Positions 13,901 to 27,218 are shown, counted from the stretch's first letter. The stretch is DNA of 64,000 bases from Eledone cirrhosa (GCA_964016885.1 OZ024742.1:34100001-34164000); one strand, 5' to 3'. The notes: generated by a model not told the origin, from the letters alone. Translations and numbers: made by a program.

Positions 13901-15739
13901 AGGTCATGGCGTCCTGAGTCCTCTCGTGCATGTACCGAGGTTTCCAGTGAAGGTAGAAGGCAGGATGCAGACCTTTTCCAATGTTTCGGTGATCTCCGTC
14001 GTTGGTCAAGCCGTCTTTCAGGTGTATGTAGCTTTCGCTACGCAGTTGCTGCTGGTGGGTTCGAATGAAGGCCAGTCATTCTGACTCCATCTTTGCTGCC
14101 ATATCCACCGAAAATTGGTTCAGTAGGTCCTGCGATCTGTGCAAACTGTTGAAACAGTTTCTCCGAGGCATGAGTCGGTATGCGTAAAATTCCTTGCAGG
14201 ACACGGTTTTGGCGGCAGCAACGGAGGGCTGGTTTGGCTGGCAGTGTGGAGTCTTGAAGTGGTAGCCGTCCTCGCCGCGGGGGAAAAGTAGAGGGTATTG
14301 GAGACTGTCGTAGGATCGGTGTGTTTCGCGTATTCTGTGGAGGCCAGTTGCACGGTTGGATATGACGATATCCCGGGGGTTGTGCTGGACTCCGTGAAGG
14401 ACGACTGCCACCTCGTTGCACGCGGGCGCGTTGAATCGACGGGCGTGTTCTGTGGATGGTCTTTTGTCGGCATCGATGACAATGTTGAAGTTAGGCAGGT
14501 CAGTAGTCTCCAAGGCGTACTTGAAGCTCTGCACGTAGCTGTTTTTGGAGTGTAGCATTTGCTGCAGCGCAAGGAGGACGTCTCTGTCCGGGTTCTCTCA
14601 AGTGCCATCAGCTGGGATGACAGATGAGCGCATGTCAGCCTGCTTGTTGTAGTCAGCTATGAAGTAAAATTTGCAGGAAGGTGGGTTGCGCTGACGGCGC
14701 AGGCTGTAGAGGACCGACATAGTGGTAAACCTGGTCCTGAACCTTAAAGGTTTCTCGGACAATTTTGGCCCCGAACGAAGTCATCTGGAAGGCGCAGTTG
14801 TATTTCCTTATGTTGCCAAGGAAGTCTGTTGACGTAGACGTCTCTCCGCTAAGAAGTTCTCGCAAAGGTTCTGGAGGGGCAGCCAAAGGAGGAAGTGAAA
14901 CCTTCCCATTAGAGCAGCACAGGCCAGGCGGTCTCCGGGCCACTTCTCTGCACCACAGAATTGGCATATGACATCCATCCTGCCTAGTTGAATGTCCGTA
15001 CGGTCGGAGTATTTTACTGTTGGATCGTAGTTGAAAGCCTTCATAAGCCAAGATGACTCATGTGGACTCGTTGTTCTTCTGGCGGTGTCTCTTCGTGCGT
15101 TGTTTGTGTCCAACCGAGCACGGCGGGCTGTTTGATGTTCTGCGGCACGGGAGGCGGCGGTGGATACAGCGTTCTGGGACCTTCGGATGGCTGTCTGTAT
15201 CTCGGTCTGGGATGCTCTGGCAGCTGCGGTGGAGGCGGAGTCCTTGGACCTTCGGATGGCTGTCTGTATCTCGGTCTGGGATGCTCTGGCAGCTGCCTTG
15301 GAGGCGGAGTCCTTAGACCTTCGGATGGCTGTCTCCTGGTCGGTTTCTGCGGCACGGGAGGCGGCGGTTGAAGCAGCGTTCTTTGACCTCTGGTGGCTGT
15401 TTGCTGTTTAGTTTCGGAGGCCCTTGCAGCAGCAGTAGTTGCAGCATTCCTAGCCCTACGAAGAGCTCTTTGGCTGTCACTCTCTGCTGCCGTAGAGGCG
15501 GCTGTTGTAACTGCATTCCGACAATTACGAATGGCACGATTCGAAGCGGTAACCGTAGATAGAGAGGCGCTGGGTTGGCCTGTGCTAGGGGTACTTAAGT
15601 TTGAAAGCGAAGTAACAGGGGTTTGTGGCCAAAAATGCAGTCCGGCATCCGTAGACTTCTCATTCAATCGCCTCTTTTTTGAAACAACAACAGACGATGT
15701 TTTCCTACCGCTAAGGGTACTCTTTCTTTTCAGTGGCAT
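10921..15739 (-). pseudogene. Helitron Rep/helicase (RepHel) broken by frameshifts and stops
   Basis: Rep motifs: PDLFITFTCNP, HUH VEWQKRGLPHIHLLLW, KYVCKYVNK. PIF1-type helicase motifs: DASGGTGKT, WDECTM, GDFRQTLPV, CNGTR, QFPVRPCFAITINKSQGQT, HGQLYVACSRV. Also the N-terminal CC.NGKV.LP motif. These are spread over at least 8 ORF pieces. Confidence 0.95.
15130..15530 (-). repeat. 69-bp (23-aa) tandem repeats in the RepHel N-terminus
   Basis: cttcggatggctgtct starts at 15181, 15250 and 15319; more diverged units flank these. Confidence 0.85.
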
Positions 15740-16983
15740 GGTTGCAATAGTACAGTAAACAGTAAAGGGGAAGCAGGTTTAGAGCAAAGGCAAAAAAGCG
15801 AAGGTGAAAAGCAGTATTTTGGGGAAGGTAAAAAAAAGTGACAAATTGTTACAATTTTAAGCAAGAAAAAAGTAAACAAAAAACGTACTGGGAATGGCAA
15901 AGTCCGAAAGCGAGGTCACAAAATGTAATGCAGTAAGAGTGAACGTCTACACAGTAGCCTAACCAAGTAGCAAGTGTAGCGTTTGAAAACCAAAGCTTTG
16001 CAGGCCACTCAAATCAACGATAAGAGTCTGCAGAATTTTTTGATAGCTGTCTTGCCAAAACAGAATAAAAGCTGCCACCTCCAGCCGTCCAGGAAATTTT
16101 TTTTTGGATTCAAGGCGAAAATTTGTCCACTTCTCGACCGAAAGAAAGCAAAAACTGACTCAACTGGTGCCACTGACCAAAGTGGAGAGGGGAATGTAAT
16201 ATTTCTGTGACACCCAAAACTTCTCTCTCTCTAAAGAAGGGGGAAGGGGAAGGTAATGTTACTATATGACCTGTTATTCCTGTCTCTCTATATACGAAGT
16301 GGAGATTCGACCTCGAGCTTCACTCGCGACCGAATTTCGAAATGATTCGAGCACGTCAACAACATTTAGACTCTTTTCTACCCATATTAGCAAAAAACCG
16401 GGTCAAAAAACTCAAAACAAAACATTTTTTACGCGTGCATAAAATGCAACCTCATCTCCCGATTTCACCCAAAATAGACAAAAAGGTGGATTGCGGGCCC
16501 CTGGGGGGACCTATCAAAAAACAAAGTAGCCTAAGCAATGTAAAGGGTCATGAGGAGTGATGTATGCAAATTTGAGTGAGATCGGGCGAGCGGTGTAGAC
16601 GCCAACCTCGAATAATGTAGCATCCACACACACACAGACAAACACACATCCTCTGTTTTATATATATAGATAATATTTATGAAGATGAAAGATAATATGT
16701 GACATTAATAAGAATATACAGAGCTACAAGTAAAGCAAGCAATAACAAATATAGAAATGTAAAAGTAGAAAAGCCGCACTTTTTTTTATATACATAGAAA
16801 CATATTGTTGTTTCGTAGATATTTGTTTATGATTTGGGGGAAAATTGACAGCTGTTTATAATAGGCCGAGTTAATTGCGGTTTATGTAAAAAATGGTTGG
16901 GGTGAAATGTGATGGAAGAAGCCAGTCAAAGCTTTGGTTCTCTGTACAGAAATACACCAATATTACAAAGTACTGTTGCTTCC

Positions 16984-17571
16984 CTGTGGAACATATAGTT
17001 GCACCTATGTTCTTCCAACTGTTTGCATTTGTTGCAATTTCTGTAAGAAGATGGGATGATAGTTTACAGAAAGTTGAGTTAACCGCATCCTTAAACCCCC
17101 ACTTATAGGGATATGTGCTGTTTTTTGCTTGACCTTTATCGTAAAAGCTACCAGGATTGGTGGAATCTGCTGGATGTACAGGGTGGTCTGAAAGTCTTGT
17201 CACATATTGTTTTAACTTTCATTATTTTTTTTTAATAATATAATATATAATATCAATAATTATAATATATAATAATAATAATAATAATATCATTTTCTAT
17301 TTCAGAGCTCCTACAGTTTGGAAGAGAGGCTGCTTGCAAGTGTATGGACACATGATCGTGTGCATTCTGGCAAGAGCATGGAGGATGTGCGACATGACTT
17401 CACTACAAGATTCGGCAAAACACCTCCTCCGAAGAGGATAATACTGCGATGGGAACATAAACTGTTTCTCATTACTTTTTGGTAGAGGCTGACAAGACTT
17501 TCGGACCACCCTGTACAAGACCGACGAATATAGATTTTAGATTCACTGAGCTACAGAAGTATTCCTTCACT
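16984..17571 (-). pseudogene. Possible host exon (weakly C-type-lectin-like) interrupted by a mariner-like element
   Basis: Removing 17179-17515 restores the frame VKEYFCSSVNLKSIFVGLVHPADSTNPGSFYDKGQAKNSTYPYKWGFKDAVNSTFCKL...ATICST after a pyrimidine-rich acceptor. Confidence 0.35.
17179..17513 (+). mobile_element. Tc1/mariner-type internal-deletion derivative (MITE-like)
   Basis: TIRs cagggtggtctgaaagtcttgtca / tgacaagactttcggaccaccctg with a TA duplication. The interior reads SYSLEERLLASVWTHD...DFTTRFGKTPPPKRIILRWEHKLF, a transposase N-terminal HTH-like segment. Confidence 0.85.
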
Positions 17572-18247
17572 CTTCAACAAAGCAACAAAAGAAAGGAAAG
17601 GGCAGTGCTGGTAACTCGTGATGTTATAGGATATTATAGGAAAGGATAACTACCTCGATGTCAACAGGACTGATCGTTGCTTAGTCATGAAATATTATAC
17701 AAATATTAATTCTTTGGAAATATTTTAGTTATGATATAGCGATATTTACTTGAACACAATATTATCGATTTATGTCATCTGTTACTCGTAATTTGATGCC
17801 ACAACTTTGAAATTCGTCTTTAACCTCTCTGTTGATAGTGACATTTACGTCTGTCCACGTGACATTACTGGTGTCGGTAAATATTCCAATCACTTTTGGG
17901 ACCTGACTTTGAAATATTTAAATGGAGATTGTGCATGTTGGTTTCACGCACGCATACACACACACGCACACACACACACACATACACACACACTCTCATA
18001 TATGTATATGTATATATATATCAGGATTATACCAGTTTTAAGCTAGTTAGACCGTTATCCATCTGGTTCCTTACCACACTTCCTTCGTTATATATATATA
18101 TATATAGTTGTTATATAGTAAGGTGCATTATTGGTTGTGTAACATGGTCCAATAACTTTATGTTAGCAATATTAAATTCTCCACGCTTTTGTATATCTCC
18201 AATTCCATTCAAGGGAACAGCTAGATGATGTAAAACGGAGTATAAGT

Positions 18248-19354
18248 ATCAAAATGAAAATCCGAAGGCAAGGTAAAATTCCAATCATTTAATCACGACA
18301 CATGTTTCAATAAGAGACAGATCGATTGTGAAGCCATGATCGATTTTCACTGATCTCATCAGGTGAAAATGAATTGTCTTCAGATTCTTGATATGAGGGA
18401 GAAAAAATAACGATGTTCTCTCACAGAATTCATTCCCTCATATGGAGACACACCAGTCAGAGACATGGCGACTGCTATTAGCTTCAGTTGAGGTCATAAA
18501 AGTTTTAAGATTTCTATCGCTGCAAAAGACGCTGGACATCAATCAAATCTGTAGGGATACAGTCAGTGACAGTTAATGTGAGTGGGTATACACACATTCC
18601 ACACCCACATACACCGGCTTGAGGTCAAAGAAAAAAATATACATATATATACACACATCAACACAGTATTAAACCTGTAGAGTTAATGTGGGTGGGTACA
18701 CACACACTTTCACACACACCGAAGCGATGTCCGAGAAAAAACAAATATAAGAAAACAAATATAATAAAAGATACATAAGAATGTACCAACACAGCACTCA
18801 CCGAAAGTTAGTTCACAAAGCAACAGAAGCTATATTGGTCAAATCTCAATTTGACGATGTAAATTGGAAATATTGGGTTAACCAACGCCCCACACATACA
18901 AACACACACACACACGCAAGTAAGTTCAGTTCAGTGTTCTGCTATACGTGTATAGATCGAATTGTAACATCCATATCTTCAAGTGTATGTTATGGTATAT
19001 ACACATCCGAATCGTCCAAAAAAGGGGTATGTCCGGGTATATACACATCCATGTGGAGAGCAAGCAATCAGCTCATGTCGAACTCAGTATGTACCGCGAT
19101 AGAAATCTTAAAACTTTTATGACCTCAACTGAAGCTAATAGCAGTCGCCGTGTTTCTGACTGGTGTGTCTCCATATGAGGGAATGAATTCTGTGAGAGAA
19201 TATCGTAATTTTTTCTCCCTCATATCAAGAATTTGAAGACAATTCATTTTCACCTGATGAGATCAGTGATAATCGATCATCGCTTCACAATCGATCTGTC
19301 TCTTATTGAAACATGTGTCTTGATTAAATGATTGCCTTCGGATTTTCATTTTGA
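18248..19354. mobile_element. Inverted-repeat cassette with two divergent hammerheads (18293-18366 minus, 19250-19323 plus)
   Basis: Arms at about 18248-18519 and 19096-19354. Motif: tcac CTGATGA [long stem II] GAAAC-ATGT-GTC gtga. Confidence 0.8.
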
Positions 19355-19698
19355 TATATATATATGCGTGTGCGCGTGTGTGTGTGTGTGTATGTGTGTG
19401 TGTGTGTATGCATGTATTTGTATGTGCTTGTGTGTGTATATATATATACATATATATGCAATAGGCAAACAGGCAAACAGAAATAACAAAGCAAACAACA
19501 CAATACAATGAAGAGAATATATTATTAGTTTTACGCTTGATACAATAGGGAAATAGTATGAGAAATTAAGAAGAAATAGAAAGATTGAGGACACGGTTAG
19601 ACGAAAACGGAAAAAATGTTTGTTTTGTAGATTTACGACTGGAAGTTGAACTATAATTGAGTTTGTAATAGTTGATCTTCCTTGAGTCTATCCTCGTG

Positions 19699-19832
19699 AA
19701 GGCGCATGGCTTAGAGCATTGGGCTTGCAATTGAAAGGTTATGAGTTCAATTCTCGGACCGGGTGATGTGTTGTTTCCTTGAGCAAGACACTTTATTTCA
19801 CGTTGCTCCAGTTTACTCAGCTGTAGAAATGA
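19699..19832 (+). mobile_element. tRNA-derived SINE, family B
   Basis: ggcgcatggcttagagcatt...gagttcaattctc (A/B boxes), then ccttgagcaagacactttatttcacgttgctccagtttactcagctg. Confidence 0.8.
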
Positions 19833-20373
19833 GATGATAGGACTGGGGTCCCTATCATTAAATCACCCAAGACACCTCCAACGAGATATACATCGGAGGA
19901 GGCCAGCTAAACCTGCATAGGCGTGAGCTGTCACACACAAAACACACATACTCTAATCTGAGCATGTCCGGGTGTTATAGTTATAATTGCATAGTTATTA
20001 TACTGTAATATATTCATTTAATTGATTTATATTCACCATTCCTTCCGTAGGTTTTATGTTTGTCACTCTGATGGTTTTTGATCCCCTATGATTGAACACA
20101 CATCTATGTGTACCTCTCTCTATATGTTGATACACACACTATCCTCGAATAGTTGGCTGGTCTAGTATCTTGGTTAGGAGCTCATCCAATGCTTTTTTGT
20201 GTTAAAATAGAGGTCACTTTTATATTTTTGACTTCTTTAGATAGACAGTAGAACGTCTCTAAATATAAGACTAGTACAAGAGAATGTTTTCCTCGCCATT
20301 TCAAAGGGGCTATACTTGGAAGCTGGCTGTATCTACTGTGTGTGTATGTGTGCGTGTATGTGTGTATGTGTAT

Positions 20374-20416
<43 letters not shown>

Positions 20417-20631
20417 TTTGTGTGTATATATATGTGTGTGTATATATGTGTGCATGTGTGTGTGTTTGTGTGTGTTTGTGTGTGTTTGTTTGTGTGTATG
20501 TGCGTGTATGTATGTGTATTTGTGTGTGTTTGTGTGTGCGTGTGTATGTGTGTGTTTGTTTGTTTGTGTGTATGTATGTATGTTTGTGTGTGTGATTTAC
20601 CTCCGATTGAACCCGGGATACACACACACGC

Positions 20632-20675
<44 letters not shown>

Positions 20676-20676
<1 letters not shown>

Positions 20677-21193
20677 ATTGTTTCTACTTTTGGCACAAGG
20701 CCAGCAATTACCCAGTGCATTACTGGTACTTTATTTGATCGACCCCGTAAGGATGAAAGGCAAAGTCAACCTCGGCGGGATTTGAACTCAGATCCTAAAG
20801 GGACGTAACTATGCTGGATATATATATAATTGTTTCTACTTTAGGCACAAGGCCAGCAATCACCCAGTACATTACCGGTACTTTATTTTATCGACCCCGT
20901 AAGGATGAAAGGCAAAGTTAACCTCGGCGGGATTTGAACTCAGACTGTAAAGGGACGTAACTATGCTAGAAAGCATGGCGTCCAACCCTCTACCGATACT
21001 GCCAATTCACGTCGGGATTATTTCAACATTATTGCTTTATTACATGATATACATTTCTGTTACATGTAATAATTGTTTCTACTTTAGGCACAAGGCCAGC
21101 AATTACCCAGTGCATTACTGGTACTTTATTTTATCGACCCCGTAAGGATGAAAGGCAAAGTCAACCTCGGCGGGATTTGAACTCAGATCGTAA
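20676..21193 (-). mobile_element. Three same-orientation family-A SINEs (20676-20817, 20827-21010, 21070-21193)
   Basis: Three near-identical segments aattgtttctacttt.ggcacaaggccagcaat...gatttgaactcaga. Confidence 0.9.
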
Positions 21194-21726
21194 GTGAGTT
21201 CATCAGATGCTTATGCAATCATAGGTGCAAATATGCAATCATTGGGATATGCTGGTGCCTCTGGTGGCAATATATAACCACCCTGTTGTGATGGCATCTA
21301 GTAGATATATAAAAAAAACAACAACCAAAACACTTAAGGTGTTTTGTAATACAAAATACATGACACAACATTCAACATTTCTGTCATCAGAAACTAATTA
21401 CCAAATATTTGCGTCAGTAATACAACACTGGACTCTCTCAGCAAGGAAGGAGGGAGTTCAGTGTAAAATTTAATAGGAATCAAGTTTATTACTAGCCAAC
21501 CATATATCTAGTAATAAAACAAACCAAGGCAAAGCATCTATTGAACTCATCTTCTCAGTTAGTTAATCACTCAATACGTTCACTTAATACAGTTTCATTA
21601 CGCCCAGTCTAATTGGGAATGACAGAATACAATATCAGATAACGTGTGTGGGAGCAAAAACAGTTCACATTTGTAACAAAGTACAGCAAAATAAAAATAT
21701 AAACGATACACACATATATATATATA

Positions 21727-21864
<138 letters not shown>

Positions 21865-22379
21865 CATATATATATATATGTGTGTATATATATATTTAGC
21901 TACTTTTCCAATGATTAGTGATAGTAAACAGAGCAGCTTGTACTTTCAACCACAAAATTAAACACGGGTTGTTTTTGTTTATAAATATGATGAGGATATT
22001 GATAGTAGAGTTGATGGTGGTGATGGTGGTGATGGTGTTTTGATAGTTGTGGGGAGTTTTGGTAGTTTTCCTGATGCGTGCTGCTGGGAGAGATTGTGGG
22101 CGATGGCGTAGATGATGGTGTTGTTGTTGCCTGGAGGTGGTGATGATGATGATGATGTTGATGCTAATAGTGATATTGAAGATAACAATAATTGCCAAAT
22201 ATATTAAAAAATATTATTTATAATAATAATTAAACAAAATTACACAAATATTGATAATGGTAATTAAATATTTATAACGATGATGAAATATTTATAATGA
22301 AGGCAAGGATAAAAATTATAAAAATTATCTTCGATATCAAAAACAAAAGAATCCATACGAATTACACACACACATGCAC

Positions 22380-22446
<67 letters not shown>

Positions 22447-22890
22447 TAACTCGAGCATCGAGTTTTGAGACGCGAGTGCATTAGAATTTGTAGGAAGATG
22501 GTAACAATCGGCGTAAGGAAGCTGTTAAAACAACAAAATGCCGTCGAAGCAGCGTTGGGTAAAACTTTACTTCAAAGGATAGAAATCAGCGGCTAGAAGT
22601 CAGTTCGCTCGAAGAATTGGTAGGTAGGAAAGAATAAAATGGATGAGATGAGATCACAAACATTTAAATACACTCATCAGCTTTCAGACCACCTGCAGTT
22701 TCAACAATTTAAATGAAAGGCCTGCGAAGAGTAGGCGGCTCGTAGCAACGGAGAAATATATATCTCCGTTTGTATAATGTTTGTGTTGGGTCAGGTCAAA
22801 TAGAGAGAGAAAAATAAAGTGCGTCCACTCGACCTCAAGTCGTCGTAAGAAAGAAAAGAAGCAGTAAGAGGGAAGGAGAGAAAGAACGAG

Positions 22891-23001
<111 letters not shown>

Positions 23002-23046
23002 ACCTTCTGGATAAGACAGGCTTTAAACTTTAGATATATAATAATA

Positions 23047-24341
23047 CTAGCAGAATGGCCCGGCGTTGCTCGGGATTTGCTATAGGGTTCTTATATATTT
23101 GATATATATTTATCCTTATCGAACCTCGTGAAATAAATACGTTTGTTTATATTTTGTTATTGTGTATGCAAAAATATCTGTCCATAAATATATAATTATA
23201 TATATATATATATATTAAAATAACAGACTAAAGTTTAAGCAAAGAATCACTGCTTTCACCCTTAACGGGATATTCTACCTAAAAGCAGTATGAAGTACAT
23301 ACACTAAGACTAATTGATGTAATCTTTGGCCTTGTTTGTTTATATTTTGTTTTTGTGTATGCAAAAATATCTGTACACGAATATCTATATTAAAATAACA
23401 TATTAATGTTTAAGCAAAGAATCGCTGCTTTCAACCTTAACGGGATCTTCTTAAACTAAAAAAAATAATCTGGAAAACAGGAAGACGATACATTGGTTCG
23501 TGAAGATATTCCCTGGCATAAGAATATATATACACACACACACACTGATCGCGCCATAATGACGTAATGCAGACAGTCAGGCATACAGACAGATATTATG
23601 AAGGCGCGACGTCATATCTATGTATCTATCTAAAAAGAGAAAGACTAAGAGAAAGAGAAAGAGATCGCTAACTCATAAGGGAAGCGGACGACATATACAC
23701 ATGTATATAAATATATATAATAATAATAATAATTTCGTTTCTGAATTTGTTTAGCAAGATTCTTTATCTGAAATCGTGTGTTGAAACCGATATTGTTATA
23801 CTTTGGGAGGGTCATGTTGCCAATAAGAAACACACGCACCAGTTGCTTTCACTTCAATTTAATTTATTATATATTTATAAATTTACAAATTTATAAATTT
23901 CTGGTTGGTTGGTTGGTTCCACAACCAGATAGTTGTTTATATATATATAGTCATAGTTCTTTCGTCACACACTCTAGTGTATACATTTCTAGTGTATAAA
24001 TTTCTGGTTGGTTGGTTGGTTCCACAACCAGATAGTTGTTTATATATATATAGTCATAGTTCTTTCGTCACAAACAAAATGGCGTAGGATAGAAGAAAGG
24101 AAAGGCACAGAAACGAAGAAAGAAATCCCCAGTCACTGAAGAGGTCACAGAGTGTGTGACGAAAGAACTATGACTATATATATATAAACAACTATCTGGT
24201 TGTGGAACCAACCAACCAACCAGAAATTTATAAATTTGTAAATTTATAAATATATAATAAATTAAATTGAAGTGAAAGCAACTGGTGCGTGTGTTTCTTA
24301 TTGGCAACATGACCCTCCCAAAGTATAACAATAATAATAAT

Positions 24342-24397
<56 letters not shown>

Positions 24398-24953
24398 GTG
24401 TATACAGATACAGACACATATACATATGGCAAACTCACACACGCATATGTGCACATACACACACTCACATGTTAATAGATTTTACTCTTATTGGAACGCT
24501 CACACACACACAGACACACGCACACATGTTAATAGTTATACGTCATGTATCTTTGACAGTATCAAAAGACAGCGTCTTTCACTCTCCGTTTCCCTCCCGC
24601 CATCCCCCTCTTGTAGTCTGTCTCTTTCTTTCACTCTCACTCTCTCTCTTTGTAACTTACATTCTATCGAAAAACGCTGTGACGAATGGGAGAAGGAGGA
24701 AGAGGAGAAAAAAGCCACTTCGTCACTTCGCCTCACCGTTTCTTTCTCTCCCCTCTCACTCCCTCATTATGTAGAGACATTGGTCACTTCACTAATTCGA
24801 TCCCTAGGACAGAATAATTTGAAATTTTTTTTTGCTCAAAACACTTCCGGGGTCATATTTATTACACGTGTAAAGTTTGAAAAACAACCGTTGGGTACTT
24901 TTCGAGTTTTAGGGAAACAGAGACACAGACATACTCTGTTTTATATATATAGA
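23047..24953 (-). mobile_element. Non-autonomous Helitron carrying a nested PLE pLTR
   Basis: 5' TCTATATATATAAAACAGAG at 24953; 3' cccgagcaacgccggg hairpin plus CTAG at 23047-23050. Both ends are collinear with 52550-53388. Confidence 0.85.
23745..24333. mobile_element. Inverted pLTR pair (family P1-related) with an intact hammerhead at 24131-24175 (+)
   Basis: Arms 23792-23975 and 24149-24333 are near-perfectly inverted, with an extra partial copy at 23995-24072. Motif: agtca CTGAAGA g-gtcaca-gagtg-tgtgac GAAA-G-AA-C-TA tgact. Confidence 0.85.
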
Positions 24954-25236
24954 TAGTGAGGTATTTCCCTTACAATCACTCTCTCTCGCTCTGTGTATAT
25001 ATATATATATACATTACCATTTACCCTATTATATTAAGCGTTAAACTAATATATATATAATCATTATACGGCATTGTTTTTCTGTCTTTTCCTCGTCATC
25101 TTTTCGCATACGTAAATACATACATAATTGCAGACACACACATCAACTCACACACACGCACACAAATATATATATATGTAAATTAATAAAAACAATGAAA
25201 TAAAAACAAAGAACAGGTTCCTTATATTGAAAAATT

Positions 25237-25373
25237 CATCATTTTACGATCGTTCCTGGGATATATATGTGTGTTGGTATGTATATCATGTTAAAGATCT
25301 ATGTAAACAAATTACAAATTATCAGAGGAGATATAAATACCCTCACCTATACATGCCATCTTCAGAAATGATG
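25237..25373 (-). ncRNA. Hammerhead motif with a very long stem-II insert, downstream of a GIY-YIG remnant
   Basis: catcattt CTGAAGA tgg...cca GGAAC-GATC-GTA aaatgatg: 8-bp perfect stem I, palindromic loop III, GAAA mutated to GGAA. Confidence 0.65.
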
Positions 25374-26090
25374 AAGTATGTTTATTGAAAGAAACAAAGT
25401 ATTAATATAAAAGGTCTGTTTGAGAACAGGTTTTGAAATGACCAATAGAAAAGAGTTAGAGGTCAAGTTGATAAAAATACAGTAGTAGAACTTGATGCTC
25501 GGAGTGGAGAGAATGTAAATTTATGCTTTGAATGAAAATAATACAATGGGGAAGAGAAGGATAGAGGTTAAAATGAATTCAAATGAAGGAGATAGTGAAG
25601 GAGTCCCCCCAAAATGATGTTATTAAAAAATGCTGTTAAAAGCGAAGGGAAAGAAATTTGTGGGATGAGAGTGTTAGTGAGAAATACTAATCCTATTTAA
25701 ATTTCAAGGAACCTAGATACATAAAAGGAAATTAAATTAATTGATAGGTATACTTACAGAGTTAAAATTATATTAATTCTTATGAATGTGATAAATAAAG
25801 AAGTAAAAAAATAAAAAAGTAAAAAATATATATAGAAAAACTGAAATAGATAACATTTTATAAAAAGCAGTGTATCTATCTAAACATCCATAATATTAAA
25901 GATATTAATTATAATTAATAATCCTAGGTATTAAATGTGATAAATAGTGGATGCAGTTAAAAGAAGTAGTGAGGTTAAAGATAACTTTAGGTAAAGTGAG
26001 CTGTAAGAGGGAAAAAAAATTATGAAATTATCTGTAGTAAATTTCTCATTATAGGATAACTAAATTTAAAAAAAAAATGTTTAATTAATC

Positions 26091-26190
26091 ATAATTGTTT
26101 CTACTTTAGGCACAAGGCCAGCAATTATCCAGTGCATTACTGGTACTTTATTTTATCGACCCCGTAAGGATGAAAGGCAAAGTCAACCTC
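26091..26190 (-). mobile_element. 5'-truncated family-A SINE with TSD
   Basis: aatcataat is duplicated on both sides. Confidence 0.85.
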
Positions 26191-26234
26191 AATCATAATA
26201 ATTTGTAAAATATAAGAGTGAGGTATATAATAAT

Positions 26235-26655
26235 TAAGTTTATAATATTTGAACGTTTTTCTAATTCTATGATTGCATGATATAATTAACTCCTGTCGCT
26301 TATTTAATAGGATATCATTAGATTTCATGATTTCAAATAGTTCTTGGGAGCATAACCTACACTCATATCTGCTATTTTGATAAGGGGTGGGCCCTTTGAG
26401 CACGCTCCAGGTCAGGTTGTAATCAATATCCCTCTTTCTATAATTATTAATTGCTTCAGCCAAGGAGGTTGTATTAGCTAATGCGGCATTTTTAAAACTA
26501 TGTTTGTGGGTATTAAATCTTACTTTAAATTAGTTAGACGTAGCTCCTATATGGGATTGAGTGGAGTCCTTAGCATAATTACACATTTATTTATTAATAA
26601 GACAATTTCCCTTTAATGGGCAATTTCTTTTGATTCTACAGTTACAACCATTCGT
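26235..26655 (-). pseudogene. PLE-type GIY-YIG endonuclease remnant
   Basis: CNCRIKRNCPLKGNCL, then after a frameshift HIGATSN*FKVRFNTHKHSF...TSLA...WSVL...Y...CRLCSQE...LLNKRQELIISCNH. Confidence 0.8.
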
Positions 26656-26959
26656 AAATATTGTATCAGGAAAGTTAATTGTGTTATCTATAGTGGTATT
26701 AGTGTTACTATTTTCATTAATGTATGGTTTAGAATGGGTTGTAATTAGATTAGTATGGTTAGACAGGTTGTTGGTGGGTGATAGTTTAGGCCATGTGGAG
26801 CTAGTAGAGTTCTGTTTGTTTTGGAGATTATTAGTCAAAATTGGTGTGGAGTTTACGGGACCAATTATCGGTGAAGAAGAAGGTAGTTTGTTTTTGGTTT
26901 ATTTTAGTATTATTATGGATGGTTTGATGTGTTGGTGGTCTATTAATGTTTTTTTCACA

Positions 26960-27022
<63 letters not shown>

Positions 27023-27218
27023 CGTTTCCATCTAATACCTTAGTTTTCGAAAACAGGCTATTTAGCCCCACATTTATCTCTTTTAAGAGTATTTATACTC
27101 CGTCACGCATCAGTGAATTCCATGTTATTATTATTATTGTGACTTACAGTCATGTGATTTTTTTTACAATGAATCCTAAGATTTGTAGCGTTAGTCATCC
27201 ACCGGAAGAGAGAATGTT

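Larger units (their letters stand above)
10236..16670 (-). mobile_element. Full-length Helitron (rolling-circle transposon), about 6.4 kb
   Basis: Minus-strand 5' end is A|TCTATATATATAAAACAGAG at 16670. The 3' end has hairpin acccgggcaacgccgggt (10247-10264) then CTAG|T at 10236-10239. Inserted between A and T without a TSD; encloses the RepHel remnants. Confidence 0.93.

Noticed and set aside
11150-15758. Plus-strand ORFs over the Helitron
   Set aside because: Antisense shadows of the GC-rich RepHel sequence.
22440-22720. CTGATGA-containing repeat fragment on the minus strand
   Set aside because: A hammerhead fold could not be completed.
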